Under the pieces are notes generated by a model. It was not told the DNA's origin, did not search any database, and saw nothing but the letters and a program-made list of their open reading frames with translations. A stretch of 62,499 nucleotides of DNA, counting the filler, from Globobulimina sp. (Eukaryota): the NCBI GenBank assembly GCA_003354225.1. It is 20 parts of 20 records of this genome, joined end to end, with 100 filler letters (N's around TTAATTAATTAA, not from the genome) between each part and the next. Parts side by side here need not be neighbours in the genome. Positions count along the whole stretch, not along the records: positions 1 to 3,032 come from PIVH01003949.1; positions 3,133 to 6,164 come from PIVH01003950.1; positions 6,265 to 9,296 come from PIVH01003951.1; positions 9,397 to 12,427 come from PIVH01003952.1; 16 more parts are not named here. One strand, written 5' to 3'. This document shows, one piece after another, positions 1 to 11,365 of the stretch (position 1 is the stretch's first letter; each line of letters opens with the position of its first letter). A program made the position numbers and the translations under genes.

Positions 1-2
1 CT

Positions 3-1532
3 CAACCTTTTATACCAGATTTAAATGCATTACAACAAGCATTAGACAATGTGACTGTTGATGATGTGAGTCCAATTATGCCATTTATTCAGGCAGTCGA
101 CAAATTGGCAAACAGCGATGATAGAAACACAATCATTGCATTATTACGAACAACATTTTGGACTGAAAAATCAAACACTTATGTATTCACAGACCATTTT
201 AAATTATTAAGCGCCCAAAATCTATCCATCATAGTCAACAAAATTGGTGACAAAAAAATGCAAAAATTTATATTCATTGACAATAACAAAGCCATTTTAT
301 CGCTTTATCCGCTCAGTGATTTAATAAGCTTATTAGGCGCATTTTATTCTGATCGATTCGCCAATTTCGTCTTCAATCAATTCAAAGGCTTCCTGAAAGC
401 TCGTCTTTCATTCAGAATAAAATATTTTAAGGTCATATCCGTCTGCGCCATTATAATGATACTAAAAACCGGCGGTGTCGGTAAGTCATTGTCCGCGGAC
501 GAATTAATTATTATAGCCATCAAATTAAAAACATTTCTAACCTCCAACGCAAATGCAAATATTACTGGCAATACCTGGCTTGACTGCCAATCCATATTAC
601 CAGAAATCATTGAATTAACAATTGGTTGCGATACAAGCTTGCGATCGTTAACAATTTCAAATTTACAATGCATTCTTGACAATGATTTAATTGTAAATAT
701 GGATCAGGCAAAGAATATTATCCATCATTTGCTGTCCAGACAAGTGAGACGAGAGAAAGCGGCAAACATTGGCGGCAGTGTTGACATTTCAAAACAGTTA
801 AATTGTGATAAGTTGCTTGGTATTTTATCAACGGATAACTTTGCCTCCTTTCAACAACCAATGAAAAATGCGGATACTCACATGATGAATGCACGCGTCT
901 TATTGGATGGTCCGTTGGTAATTATACCGATGGACGATCAACAAAATCAAAGTCAATGCGCAAGTTACAGCGTCTTGGTGCAAATACAGGATTTAAATCC
1001 ATTATTTGATCAGCAAAGAAATAATAACATCGCTGCTGTAACACAGCCGAAAGGCTCCATTTTCATTGTTCTGCTGCAGCAAATACCCAGTAATTACGAA
1101 GTTGTTTTGTTTGTGTCGAATAGTTTCGAGAGTGTACAACTTAAAGATCTGAACATTGGCATGAATAATTTGCATCCGGTGTGCATAATACCGTGGCCCA
1201 TCCCTAAAATTGGAAGAGCTGTCTCATTTAAATTGCATTGTAAGTTGCGACGCTGCGAGAAGGAGGTTAATAATATAACTTATGGCACCGGCATAGCCTC
1301 ATTGAGCATCACTAAAAGCAAAGAGATAGCAAAGCAGGATAATGGGAATGATTTAGACAATTTATGGAATATTTCAGCTGCTGGGAATAAAATGGCAATG
1401 TGTATTTATTCAGGACAACGCTGGAATAACAGCAATAATAGTAACAGGTTGGCATGGATTAATATTGTGACTGATAACAAAATGACATTTAATTGTTTGA
1501 TGTGTGTATCTAGCATTTTTATAATGTGCTGA
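3..1532 (+). CDS. Hypothetical protein, 5'-truncated
   Basis: Frame is open from the contig edge for about 510 codons. No motif recognised. Confidence 0.6.
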   Translation, partial: QPFIPDLNALQQALDNVTVDDVSPIMPFIQAVDKLANSDDRNTIIALLRTTFWTEKSNTYVFTDHFKLLSAQNLSIIVNKIGDKKMQKFIFIDNNKAILSLYPLSDLISLLGAFYSDRFANFVFNQFKGFLKARLSFRIKYFKVISVCAIIMILKTGGVGKSLSADELIIIAIKLKTFLTSNANANITGNTWLDCQSILPEIIELTIGCDTSLRSLTISNLQCILDNDLIVNMDQAKNIIHHLLSRQVRREKAANIGGSVDISKQLNCDKLLGILSTDNFASFQQPMKNADTHMMNARVLLDGPLVIIPMDDQQNQSQCASYSVLVQIQDLNPLFDQQRNNNIAAVTQPKGSIFIVLLQQIPSNYEVVLFVSNSFESVQLKDLNIGMNNLHPVCIIPWPIPKIGRAVSFKLHCKLRRCEKEVNNITYGTGIASLSITKSKEIAKQDNGNDLDNLWNISAAGNKMAMCIYSGQRWNNSNNSNRLAWINIVTDNKMTFNCLMCVSSIFIMC

Positions 1533-1640
1533 TGAATGGGGTGTGTAGTGGAACCAAATTACATTGTGTGCATATATATATTGATGTTGAGTTTTAGTTA
1601 GACTTAAGTCAATTCACTCGATTGGTTTTTGTTGTGCATA

Positions 1641-3032
1641 ATGTCGTATGCATTTGATGAAGGACGGAATACCCGCAAAAATGACGCAGAAACATATTAC
1701 GAGGATACAGCAACCTCCGATTGGTTAAGAAAGCATAAACTTCACCATTTAATACCAATATTTGCCGAAGAATGCATCACAATCGAAGAATTAGTGGAAA
1801 TGGGTGCAGAAACATTAAACACTTTTTTAGACGAATTAGTGGATGATGACAGCATTAAATTTAAAAAGAGAGACAAAATTAGAATTAAATCCAAATTAAA
1901 ACCTCGAGAACCTGCTGCAGCAAACACTAAAATCGTAACTGAAGCTGAAATGTCAGCGTTTGACAGTTTAGACAAGAAATATAAACAATTATCATCGCAG
2001 GAAAGATCCATTCAATATCGATTGAGTGAATTTGAAGCAGAATATGTCAAACAACAAAAAATATTAAACACTGCATTTGCTCAAATTGTATCCAATGTGC
2101 AACAAAGACAGAATGTATTATTGAATCAAATGAAACAAAAACGTGATGAATATAAAGATAAATTAGGTCAAAGTATGAAATCAGTTGCGAATCAGCGGAG
2201 TTTATTAAATCATGTAAAGAATAAATGTGAACAAGATATTACTGATTCAGCTGCAACCTGTACAACTTTACAAGCAGCACAAAAACGCGCGAATCTTATC
2301 GTACAGATGATCGATGAAACGTTGTTAAGTGTGCAGCAAAATGAGGTTGGGAGTGAACTTAACCAGAATGTGTATGTAAAATTTGATATTTCAAACAAGA
2401 TTAATGATGACATTAAAGTAATTAAACAATGGGGTGATGTTTCAGTGGTTGGTGATAAACCTCCGGTGCCGGTAATTAATGTGTTGACTGTGAGTTGGGA
2501 CAGAATTGTTATTGAAATGTTATGTGATGAAAGTTATACAGGTGTTGTGTCAAAATATGAATGTCAGTATAAAGTTTCAGGTGATGTGTCACAGAATGCA
2601 TTTGCAGCGATGGGATTTAGATCAATTACGAACGATGAGTTAAAACAAGATGCGGGATGTAGAGTTATGGAGATTGTTAGTATAAACGATAAAAATGTTG
2701 CATTTTTGTGTTTAACCAAGTTAGCACAACATACGATATATAATATTCGTGTTAGAGCTGTGAGAGGGGATTGGTCGGAGTGGTCAGTGGCAAACACAAA
2801 GCCTAGAACAAAGGGCAAACACAAAGGCCTTACATATAAACTAATTTCAGCTCCATTTCCAATCCAAAAAACAGTTATAAAATTGGATGAATGGTATCAA
2901 TGTTGTGAAGAAAAAAAAATTACATTGTCTTTATATGAATTGCAACGAGTATTTAGTTTTGTAAAATTTATGCAAGCCCAAGGACAGAATATGATTACTG
3001 ATGTTCAAGGGTTTAGTTATTTTCTAGACATT
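1641..3032 (+). CDS. SAM domain + coiled-coil + fibronectin type III protein, 3'-truncated
   Basis: SAM-like DWLRKHKLHHLIPIFAEECITIEEL, then a long heptad region resembling the TRIM coiled coil, then FN3-like PPVPVI...YECQY...YNIRVRAVRGDWSEWS. Confidence 0.75.
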
Positions 3033-3132
3033 NNNNNNNNNNNNNNNNNNNNNNNNNNNNNNNNNNNNNNNNNNNNTTAATTAATTAANNNNNNNNNNNN
3101 NNNNNNNNNNNNNNNNNNNNNNNNNNNNNNNN
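3033..3132. other. Artificial contig linker (first of 19)
   Basis: N44-TTAATTAATTAA-N44 with stops in all six frames. Identical linkers at 6165-6264, 9297-9396, 12428-12527, 15559-15658, 18690-18789, 21821-21920, 24951-25050, 28081-28180, 31211-31310, 34341-34440, 37470-37569, 40599-40698, 43728-43827, 46857-46956, 49986-50085, 53115-53214, 56244-56343 and 59372-59471. Contig lengths fall monotonically from 3032 to 3028. Confidence 0.99.
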
Positions 3133-6005
3133 CAGTGCCGTCTGCTGCTGTTGTTGCTGTTGGATGGTTAATATATTCTGCATATTATTCATCTGCTGAG
3201 CTTGGAACTGCTGCAACTTTTGTTGCCGCTGAAACTCCTGCACTTTGACAAAGTGCCTGGCCATCATTTGATGTTTCTGAAATTCAGCCTGTTGCGTCAA
3301 TGCCGCATTGATTATCTTATTGGGTTTGATCAGTCCCATTTGCAGCTGCTGCAGTGCTGAATTTGTGGTCGGATTCGGCGATTTGGAGTTGGTCAACGGC
3401 AATGGAGACTGACTCTGTTTCGTCTCCACTGCATTTGGTTGAACATTGTTGAGCTGCTTAGTTACTGCAACATTGTCCTTTGTGTCCTCATTGGCTAATA
3501 TTTGCGCATTGTGATCATGCGTATTATTGGCGGGCTCTTCGTCATTGTTTTTAGTTTCCTTGTTTCTGAGAGCCGGCTCGAATTCTTCCTGAATAGTGCC
3601 CAAAGCGGGCGATATCAATGGAGAGCGAACCAGTGTGGTTTTGGGCTTTGCTTTGGATTTTTTTTGCTGTTTCTTCTTAGTGTTGCCAGCATTTATGCCG
3701 TTGTTGCGTTTAATGCGCTGCATAGAGCTATGATGAAACTGCTGTCCGGTGCTGGAATTTACAAGATCTACGTGTGTTTTCAACATCTGTGCAATGAAGC
3801 GATGCTGCAATTTATCGAAGGATTCTTTAACGGAAAACTTCAACATTGTAATATCTCGATTCACGTCGTCGATTAGTTTGGTTCTCTCCGCTTCAATGGA
3901 ACGTAATATCATAATATAACCTTGCTCCTTTTGCCGGAATTCGTTGATTTTGTTTTTTATGCCATTCTCCACCGATTGTATAATACAATCGATTTCCTGT
4001 CATACAGCATATTCAACACAGATGAGATAATAACAAATAATATGTATGCAATACCTGTGATACATTGGTTATATCGTCGCTAATGACGCCAGCTTGCATC
4101 AATGGACTGACCCCATTGCAACTATTATCCTTCGACGCTCCGTACTGCTCATCATTGCTAGCAATGAAATTCTGCACATGATGACTGAAGTTACTCTGCG
4201 AAAAGTTGCCATTGTCATACTCGTAGCTGCTGCGACTCATTGTATATTGCCTGGGATGTTGCTGATGTTGCTGTTGCACAGGAATATGGATCTTGAAACT
4301 GCCTTTCTTGGCACTCTTCTTATCCTTCGGCTTGTTATAGATCAGTTTACTGATTTGCTTTTCATCCGTAGTGAAGTAACCAGTGTCTAACTGGTACAAA
4401 TCGTTGAACAATTTGTCATTTTCAGAGTCGCCGCCGCCACAAATATACACCACGTTGTTCTTGGTGACGCAGCAGCTGTGTCCCGCGCGCGGCTCCGGTA
4501 ACATGCCAGTGTCGCTCGGCCGGATCCAAGTCATGGTCTCCACGTCCAAAATGTACAAATCGTTGAGGATTTTGTTGTTGTAACCTCCCGCGAATATGAG
4601 CAACTGTTTGTTTTTCACGCAGACTGCGCTGTGGCCGCCGCGAGCGATGGGCGCGGTGCCATGCATTTTGGGCTGCGTCCAGCTGTTGTTGTCAATGTCG
4701 AAGATGTGGATATCGTTGAGGGGCTCACCATCGTTGCCGCCAAAGACGATGAGGTACTTATCGGCCACGGTGGTCAGCGAGTGGTTGGCGCGCGGCGACG
4801 GCGCAGTGCCTTGCGTGATGACCTGCGCCCATTTCATATTGGAAGTGTCTAAGCAGTGCAAGTCGTTGAAGAGCTTGTTGTAGTTATTGCCGCCGAAAAT
4901 GTACATATTTTTACCCACTACGCAGGCCGCATGAGCTGCTCTCGGCGATGGAGGGTCTCCAGTGGCTTCTGGCTGGTACCTATAACGAAACAAATATTAG
5001 AAATATGCTACATACATCTTTTTGTTGAGCGGATTTAATTTTAATGCGGAGCTCAACAAAAAGATCCGTTACAAAGACGTACCACAGCAACATCTGCGAG
5101 TTGTTGGTAGACGCTTTGCACTGTCCATAGGCAGACAAGCGGGGCACAAAGGCTTTGAATTCGGAGTTCATGGCATATTCGGTATCCAACGCATGCAAAT
5201 CATTCAGCCATTTGCCTTCCACGCTGAACCCGCCAAACACCACCAAATTGCTGTCAATATTCACCACCGAATGGCAGTATCTCTCGGGCGGCACTGGGCC
5301 GCCAACCAAGGGCCGGCTCCATACACTGTGCTGGATGTCAAATTTGAGCAAATCGATACTGACGCTGCCGGTGTTGAAGCCGCCCACTAAATATAATACT
5401 TCGTCGTCTGCATTCAAGCACATTTGGTGGCAATTCCTGGCCCGCGGAATGGTGCCGGTGCAGGCGATTTTGGTCCAAGTCATGACGTCTTGCACCATAT
5501 TGGCCTTCACCAGTTCTTGCAATGTGGGCCGCCGTGATAAGAATTCGTTGATGGAATGATTGCTCATTCTACGATACATATCGCGGCGATTACCTTTTTG
5601 CTCGGCTTCCTCGTCATCGCTGCCGGGCATATCGGCGTCTTTTAATATGCCGTCTCGGATTAGGGATTGGATGGATTTGCGATTTGATAGTTTTTTGTCC
5701 AAAATGCGGGAGGATAATAACATGCGCAGACGTTGCTTCATTAGATTGTCCATCACTGCGCGTAATGAGGCGTCTTGGTCGAAGGCTCGTAATATGTTTA
5801 GATTGACTAATTTTTGGCGTTCTGGACGGGTTTGTAAATGGTATAACAGTTTTTTTTTGATGAAGGTTTCTTCCTGTTTCGTTTCATCGATGTTGGGGTT
5901 TAGAGTTACGTTGACTACGCGATCTTCTTTCACTTCGTTTAATGGTTGGACGATGTCGTATGGTGGAGGGGAGACGGTGTGATGTGGAGGTGGAGGAGAA
6001 GACAT
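3133..6005 (-). CDS. RPEL-repeat + Kelch beta-propeller + coiled-coil/Q-rich protein (3 exons, 3'-truncated)
   Basis: RPEL-like motifs LQTRPERQKLVNLNIL, LSNRKSIQSLIRDGIL and LSRRPTLQELVKANMV. About six Kelch repeats (PSPRAAH...YIFGG...NDLH). GT-AG introns 5082-4980 and 4054-3997 restore one frame (LLW/YQP; VSQ/EID). Confidence 0.85.
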
Positions 6006-6264
6006 GATTTGATAGATTTTCAACGATTATAGTGTAGTTCAACGATGTATTCAGATAGATAACCCCCCACCCCCCTCCCCGGTATACCGAATATTTCTCT
6101 TACGTTTCGGAAGGAAAATAGGTTATAAATAAAATGTTAAAAGATAACATTTTATTAATAATGTNNNNNNNNNNNNNNNNNNNNNNNNNNNNNNNNNNNN
6201 NNNNNNNNTTAATTAATTAANNNNNNNNNNNNNNNNNNNNNNNNNNNNNNNNNNNNNNNNNNNN

Positions 6265-7363
6265 ATGGAGAAGCAGAATGAGGAACAACTCATCATGCAA
6301 TATGCAGAAAATAGTGTAGGTTCAGATTTACGGACAATGGCGAAAATATTGAGTGAATATCCGTCGTTTGCTGCGTTTATGTCCTATCTTGTTTATGAAT
6401 GTATGTTTTTCTGTTATTTGTCACAGCGCCAACATGTAAAACTAGTTTATTTTATGATGTTTTTTTTTGGTATGAAAGTTTTTCGATTTTTTGACTGTAG
6501 CAACATATAAAAACAAAGCATCAATTTGCTGGGAGTCCGTGCAAAATTGCAAAACAATTTTGCGAAAACGTTTTTATATTTTTTTTGATTGCAATAAAAG
6601 AGATATTCTAATGTATGAATATTTAGTTTGTCCTGAAAATCTACTATTTTTGACAGAGTTGGTTCAGTGTAAAATTGCGTATCAAAAAAGAATGAATTAT
6701 AGTGTTCAAATATTGGTTGAAAGCGAAAATAAAGAAAAAAAGATTTTTTTGGTAGATTTCAATAAAAATCCAATGGATTTAGAAGTAGGTTTTAGCTGTG
6801 AGAAAGGCAGAAATTTTACGTATATATTTCATGAAAGTGGCTCTATTATGACCAAATTATGCTTGTCGCCAATCATTCCAACACCTGTAATGATTGAGAA
6901 ATACTCAGATTCTTTGTATTGGCAAATGGCCACTTTGTATGAAAAATATGTAAAGGATGGAAGTCAATTTCAATTAAATATATCCGGTTCGGCTCGGATT
7001 AAATTGTCAAAAATATTCGATAATGAACATAGAGAAATAGATTTGTTTAATGGTCGGCCGAGATTGATTCCAATACCATTGGATGAGGTGTATCGCGGCG
7101 ATATGATGTATAATGTTATGGATGGCGCAGTCATTGAGGTTCTACAGTTGTTACAGTTTTCGTTTTCAAGGTTTGTCTCAACGGAAGCGTTCCATCGTAT
7201 TAATGTGGACAATAAATTTGAGATAGAGAATAATTATGCATTATTTGCCGAGGACAGTGGTAGTAATAATATTGAAACGATTGAATGTCCCTCGCAACTC
7301 ACAGATGAAGCATTTGCTAAAAGGTTAAATGCTGCGGAAAGTGGTATATTAATAAAATTATAA
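6265..7363 (+). CDS. RGS domain protein, 5'-truncated (intron 6401-6626)
   Basis: Spliced sequence gives ILSEYPSFAAFMSYLVYEFCPENLLFLTEL...LYEKYVKDGSQFQLNIS...LLQFSFSRF, the typical RGS helices. Confidence 0.8.
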
Positions 7364-7451
7364 ATGAAATTAAATTAAGTTTTGTATAATAAAATTATTT
7401 AGCGTTTTGTGACATTTTTGTGTTATGTCTTACTCTTTTCTCGACGAAATG

Positions 7452-7490
7452 TTTTGATGTTTGATGTTTGATGTTTGATGTTTGGTGTTT
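7452..7490 (+). repeat. (GATGTTT)n microsatellite
   Basis: About 4-5 tandem copies of tgatgtt. Confidence 0.8.
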
Positions 7491-7728
7491 TTTGTGTTAC
7501 GCACCAATTTGTTTGTGTACCTGTCCAGAATTGTTGTTTACATTTTCAACCCTTTCAGAGACCAAATTGAAATAAGTCCAACCAAATCTGTACATGGAGT
7601 GAATATTTGTCGTTTATGGTCACAATAATCCAGTCATCGCAAGCCTGTTTTTTCTTAAAGTGAGCTAAAAATTGTTTTTGAATATTGTCATCAAATAATA
7701 CCATCTACTCCACAAACAATAGAACAAC

Positions 7729-8758
7729 ATGACACTAAGTGGAATAGAATTAGATGCCTGGGTTGCCGGCGATGCCTTAATACGTTCAAACATCATCATT
7801 GTTTCCATCTGTTTTCTAATATCATCCATCTTATTCATCCTCCGTTTTTTTCAAGTTTGGTTAAAGAATAGAAAGCACGAAACACAATCTCCACAAAAAA
7901 TGTTGCAAGCATGCCATTTATTAGCAATGTTTTTTAGCTGTTTCTATATGTTTCTGTACATTTGGAACTATTCACATATATATATGCAATATAACGCAAT
8001 GCATTGCTCCTTATGGTTCACATTAATTATGATATCAATCACAATGACAAAAGTATTCATTTATTCATTTCTAATGTTGCGCTCCTCGCTGTCATTCAGA
8101 AACAGTGTCTTCAAAATACCGTTGAAAATATCCACATCGGTTACAATAATTTCCGTGTCTGTCCAATTAGCGATGATGACATTGATGTTATCAGATTTCA
8201 CCGCATTCTCACCCTTTCCAAGCAATGCATTTTGTTTCAGAGTGCTTGGCCCATTCGGCACGTTTGGGATCGCCGGGTTTAATGTAAGCGACGCGATTTC
8301 TGCATTTGTAGCATTCATAATATTTTGGATGAAATCGAAATTTGTGCAAACCAAGGTTTTGAATGATAAAGATTTGAATGATGTATTTAATAAACACATT
8401 AAATTGGGAATGCTCATTGTTTTGGGCTCAATATTAATATTTTTAGCAGGCGAATTTTTAACTATATTAATGGGAGTCGCTTCGAGTTTGCATGCATCAG
8501 TGTTCGAATAACATTTATATATTTTTGTTGTTTAAAGAAAATAAAAGATTGTATGACCTGTTTTGTTGTAAATGCGGCATGCAAAAGGAAGGTGAATCCG
8601 GACAGGAAACAGGAGGCCACATTGAAAGAGATAAAAACAAGAATGCTTTCAAAATAGAGATGCAAAAAGTACAGTCATTTTCTGCAGAGTCAGAAAAGAA
8701 ATGTTTAAAATGTTCAGATGAGGGAACTGAAAGTAAAACGTCCTCAAACTCATTCTGA
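7729..8758 (+). pseudogene. 7TM GPCR-like protein with an apparent 1-nt frameshift near 8502 (pseudogene or assembly error)
   Basis: Six hydrophobic helices in 7729-8511. Deleting one T in gtgttcg joins ASV to SNNIYIFLLFKENKRLYDLFCCKC, which supplies TM7, helix 8 and a Cys-rich tail from ORF 8492-8758. Confidence 0.55.
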
Positions 8759-8989
8759 ACAATGCCGAGATTGTCCAATTTAACGTTGCATGCACCCCAT
8801 AATCAATAACGATGTCAAGCGTATAGAACATGTATAAATTCATTTTGCGTTTTCATTTTACTCTTTAAACTCAAATTTTGCATGTTGTGTTTGGAGGACC
8901 TGCATTATTTCATTTTCAATTGACTCGATCGCGAAAGTTACGTCTGCGCTGACTTCAATTATAGCATTTCAACCAAGTCTGACTATGTA

Positions 8990-9030
8990 TGATAACCATA
9001 AATATGATTGATAACCATAAATATGATTGA
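8990..9030 (+). repeat. 19-bp tandem duplication
   Basis: tgataaccataaatatgat occurs twice in tandem. Confidence 0.85.
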
Positions 9031-9083
9031 CTACGACTTAAAACAGAAAATGTTTTTTCGATCCAAATATCTGAAATTGAAAA

Positions 9084-9296
9084 ATGCGAAGAAACAAATG
9101 TCTGCTTCTCGTCGTGGCTGTTGTTTGTATGACATTGTTTGCGTTCTTTTTTTCAAATATATTTGGTGCAAATATGTCACAATTTTTTGGATTGGAACAC
9201 GCTTTAAATCAAACAAAGAAACCACAAATTTATTTATTAAACAATAATTATTCCATAAAAGAATTGCAACGAAGAAATACTAACATGAATGAAATG
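9084..9296 (+). CDS. Type II membrane protein N-terminus, truncated
   Basis: MRRNK followed by a hydrophobic anchor. The frame is open to the contig end. Confidence 0.45.
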
Positions 9297-9396
9297 NNNN
9301 NNNNNNNNNNNNNNNNNNNNNNNNNNNNNNNNNNNNNNNNTTAATTAATTAANNNNNNNNNNNNNNNNNNNNNNNNNNNNNNNNNNNNNNNNNNNN

Positions 9397-10823
9397 ACAC
9401 TTCAATGATAAATAAAAGAGATTCCACATTAAATTCAGCAACTAACCATTCTGCAAATGCGTTGATACCAATTGGATGTTTCAATAAATCCACAACATCG
9501 CTTTGACATCAAAAAATGTTTTGAGAATTAGTGCATTTAACTGAATTGAAAGCAAAGTCGATAATTCAGTTTATTTTATCCGTCTACAAGCTATATTTAT
9601 TAGTCTAATCGAATAAATATTTAATTATATCAATCATATATATGTTGAAAAGGATCATAAAGTTTTTACAAACTTTGATATCGTTGCTGGGACGAATAAA
9701 ATTGTACTGAATTAGTGACTTTGCTTTCGATTCAGTTAAATGCACCAATTCTTTTATATAATTTCAGATGTGCACAAATGCACAAACTCGTTTTTTTTTG
9801 GTGCAATATGACTGAAATATACAGTACAAATACGTTTGCGCATAGTACGGCATCTGAATTTGTTGTCATTTCTGACTGTCTGAACATTTTGCACAATACA
9901 CACAAAAAAGATATTAAACTGTTAAAACTGCCATACCTTAATTTATTTGATACATTAAGCGCATTTTGATTATAATTTGAGTTGGAATTATCCAAAATGA
10001 GGTTGATTGTAATTACAATTATAATCAAGTTACATGCGGCAAGGCCATCAATTATGATCCATATACGAATATATTCATTATTCACAATAAAATATGGTAT
10101 TACAAGAATAGCAAAATCCGTTGAAAATAGAAAACAAAGCCAACTGAATTCACTTCGAATCTTAAAGTTGTCCACATTGTGTTTTCTATGCAATTGAATG
10201 CATAAAAAATTTAAAAATAAAACCCACAAAAAAAAATGTAATGAGATGCTGAGATGGAAAGATTGATCAAAATTTGTATAATATGCAATCAAAAAAAGAA
10301 ATACATCGAATAAAAGCATTATAAATGAGGTCACGGAGATTGTGTATGATAACCTGCCTAATTTCGGATATTTTAATAAAAACGAATGATATTTATTGTC
10401 GATAAGTTTTTTCCATAACATTTTGATTTGGATCGACGAGAATGAATATTGCCAATATAATAACCACATTCTATTGCACCAAATTAATAGTTTTATGGAT
10501 ATAATTAAATAGGTAAAACAAAATAAAAATGGCGGCTCAATGTCAATGAGAATGCAAAGGAATATAATCGTGGGATGGATGGCTATCCAGTAATAGTTAA
10601 TTATGAGATGGGCAGAAAACAACCATTTATGTCGTATTTTGAGATGTTGTGCGACTTGTTCATGTTTTCGCACTTTCCAGATTTTATGAAAGTATGTTAG
10701 AGAGATAATGTTGAACAATATTGAAAATAATATTGGTGCATGTAATCCGATCCAGGTATTTGTATCCCAATCGTTTGGATTCCAATGCACAGATTTTGAC
10801 TTGATTAATGAGGCATTTCCCAT
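9397..10823 (-). CDS. 7TM-RGS fusion protein (multi-exon, 3'-truncated)
   Basis: About seven TM helices in 10823-9990. A downstream minus-strand exon (~9500-9397) reads DVVDLLKHPIGINAFAEWLVAEFNVESLLFIIEV, the start of an RGS domain. Exact splice sites between them are unresolved. Confidence 0.7.
9524..9752. mobile_element. Intronic element bounded by 36-bp inverted repeats (MITE-like)
   Basis: 9524-9559 agaattagtgcatttaactgaattgaaagcaaagtc matches the reverse complement of 9717-9752 with 2 mismatches. No clear TSD. Confidence 0.55.
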
Positions 10824-10964
10824 TCCACTTAAACGTTTTTAATACTCAACACAGTTTAAATCTGCGCAAAATGTCTGCTCATTTGTATAAAAGAAACAAG
10901 GGTTGAAATCGTTGAATGTAAAACACAAACTAACATATTTTATACAAATTGATAAATCTGTTCC

Positions 10965-11080
10965 AAAGAGCATCCAGTTTTCAACGTCAGATTATTATTG
11001 TTTCTGAGAAACGAAGGCAAACCTATATAATTTTTGCCTTTGTCAGTCACCAGAAACGGTTTGCATCTACCTTACCCCAA
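10965..11080. repeat. Interspersed ~115-bp repeat, copy 1
   Basis: Reverse-complement homologue of 59475-59590. Shared blocks include attgtttctgagaaacgaaggcaaacctatat and tcagtcaccagaaacggtttgc. Confidence 0.9.
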
Positions 11081-11290
11081 GAAAAATCTGACGCGGAATG
11101 GGCACTAAAGACTATCACTGCGGTGCACTAGTGACCTAAGAAAGATACTAAAATTCAATATTGATGTATACTGCTCGTACCTGATCATGAAATAATAATA
11201 ATAGTTAACTTGACATGACTATACAAAAGAAAAGAAAAAGAATAAGTCAATAAGAAATTAAAAAAGATGAAACAATGTACAAAACTATAT

Positions 11291-11345
11291 ATTTCTGATC
11301 TGATCTGATCAAATAGAATTTATTTCTGATCTGATCTGATCAAAT
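11291..11345 (+). repeat. Short tandem duplication with (CTGAT)n core
   Basis: atttctgatctgatctgatcaaat occurs twice. Confidence 0.8.
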
Positions 11346-11365
11346 TATAAATAGAATTTAGTGTT

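Noticed and set aside
3077-3088. Recurrent TTAATTAATTAA as a biological repeat, and the ...LIN/XXX ORF tails
   Set aside because: It is always centred in a 100-nt N block, so it is an artificial six-frame-stop linker.
4980-5082. Alternative genetic code or programmed frameshifts explaining broken ORFs
   Set aside because: Canonical GT-AG introns restore the frame in nearly every case, and long ORFs (RAD50, GPCR, pol) read through in the standard code.
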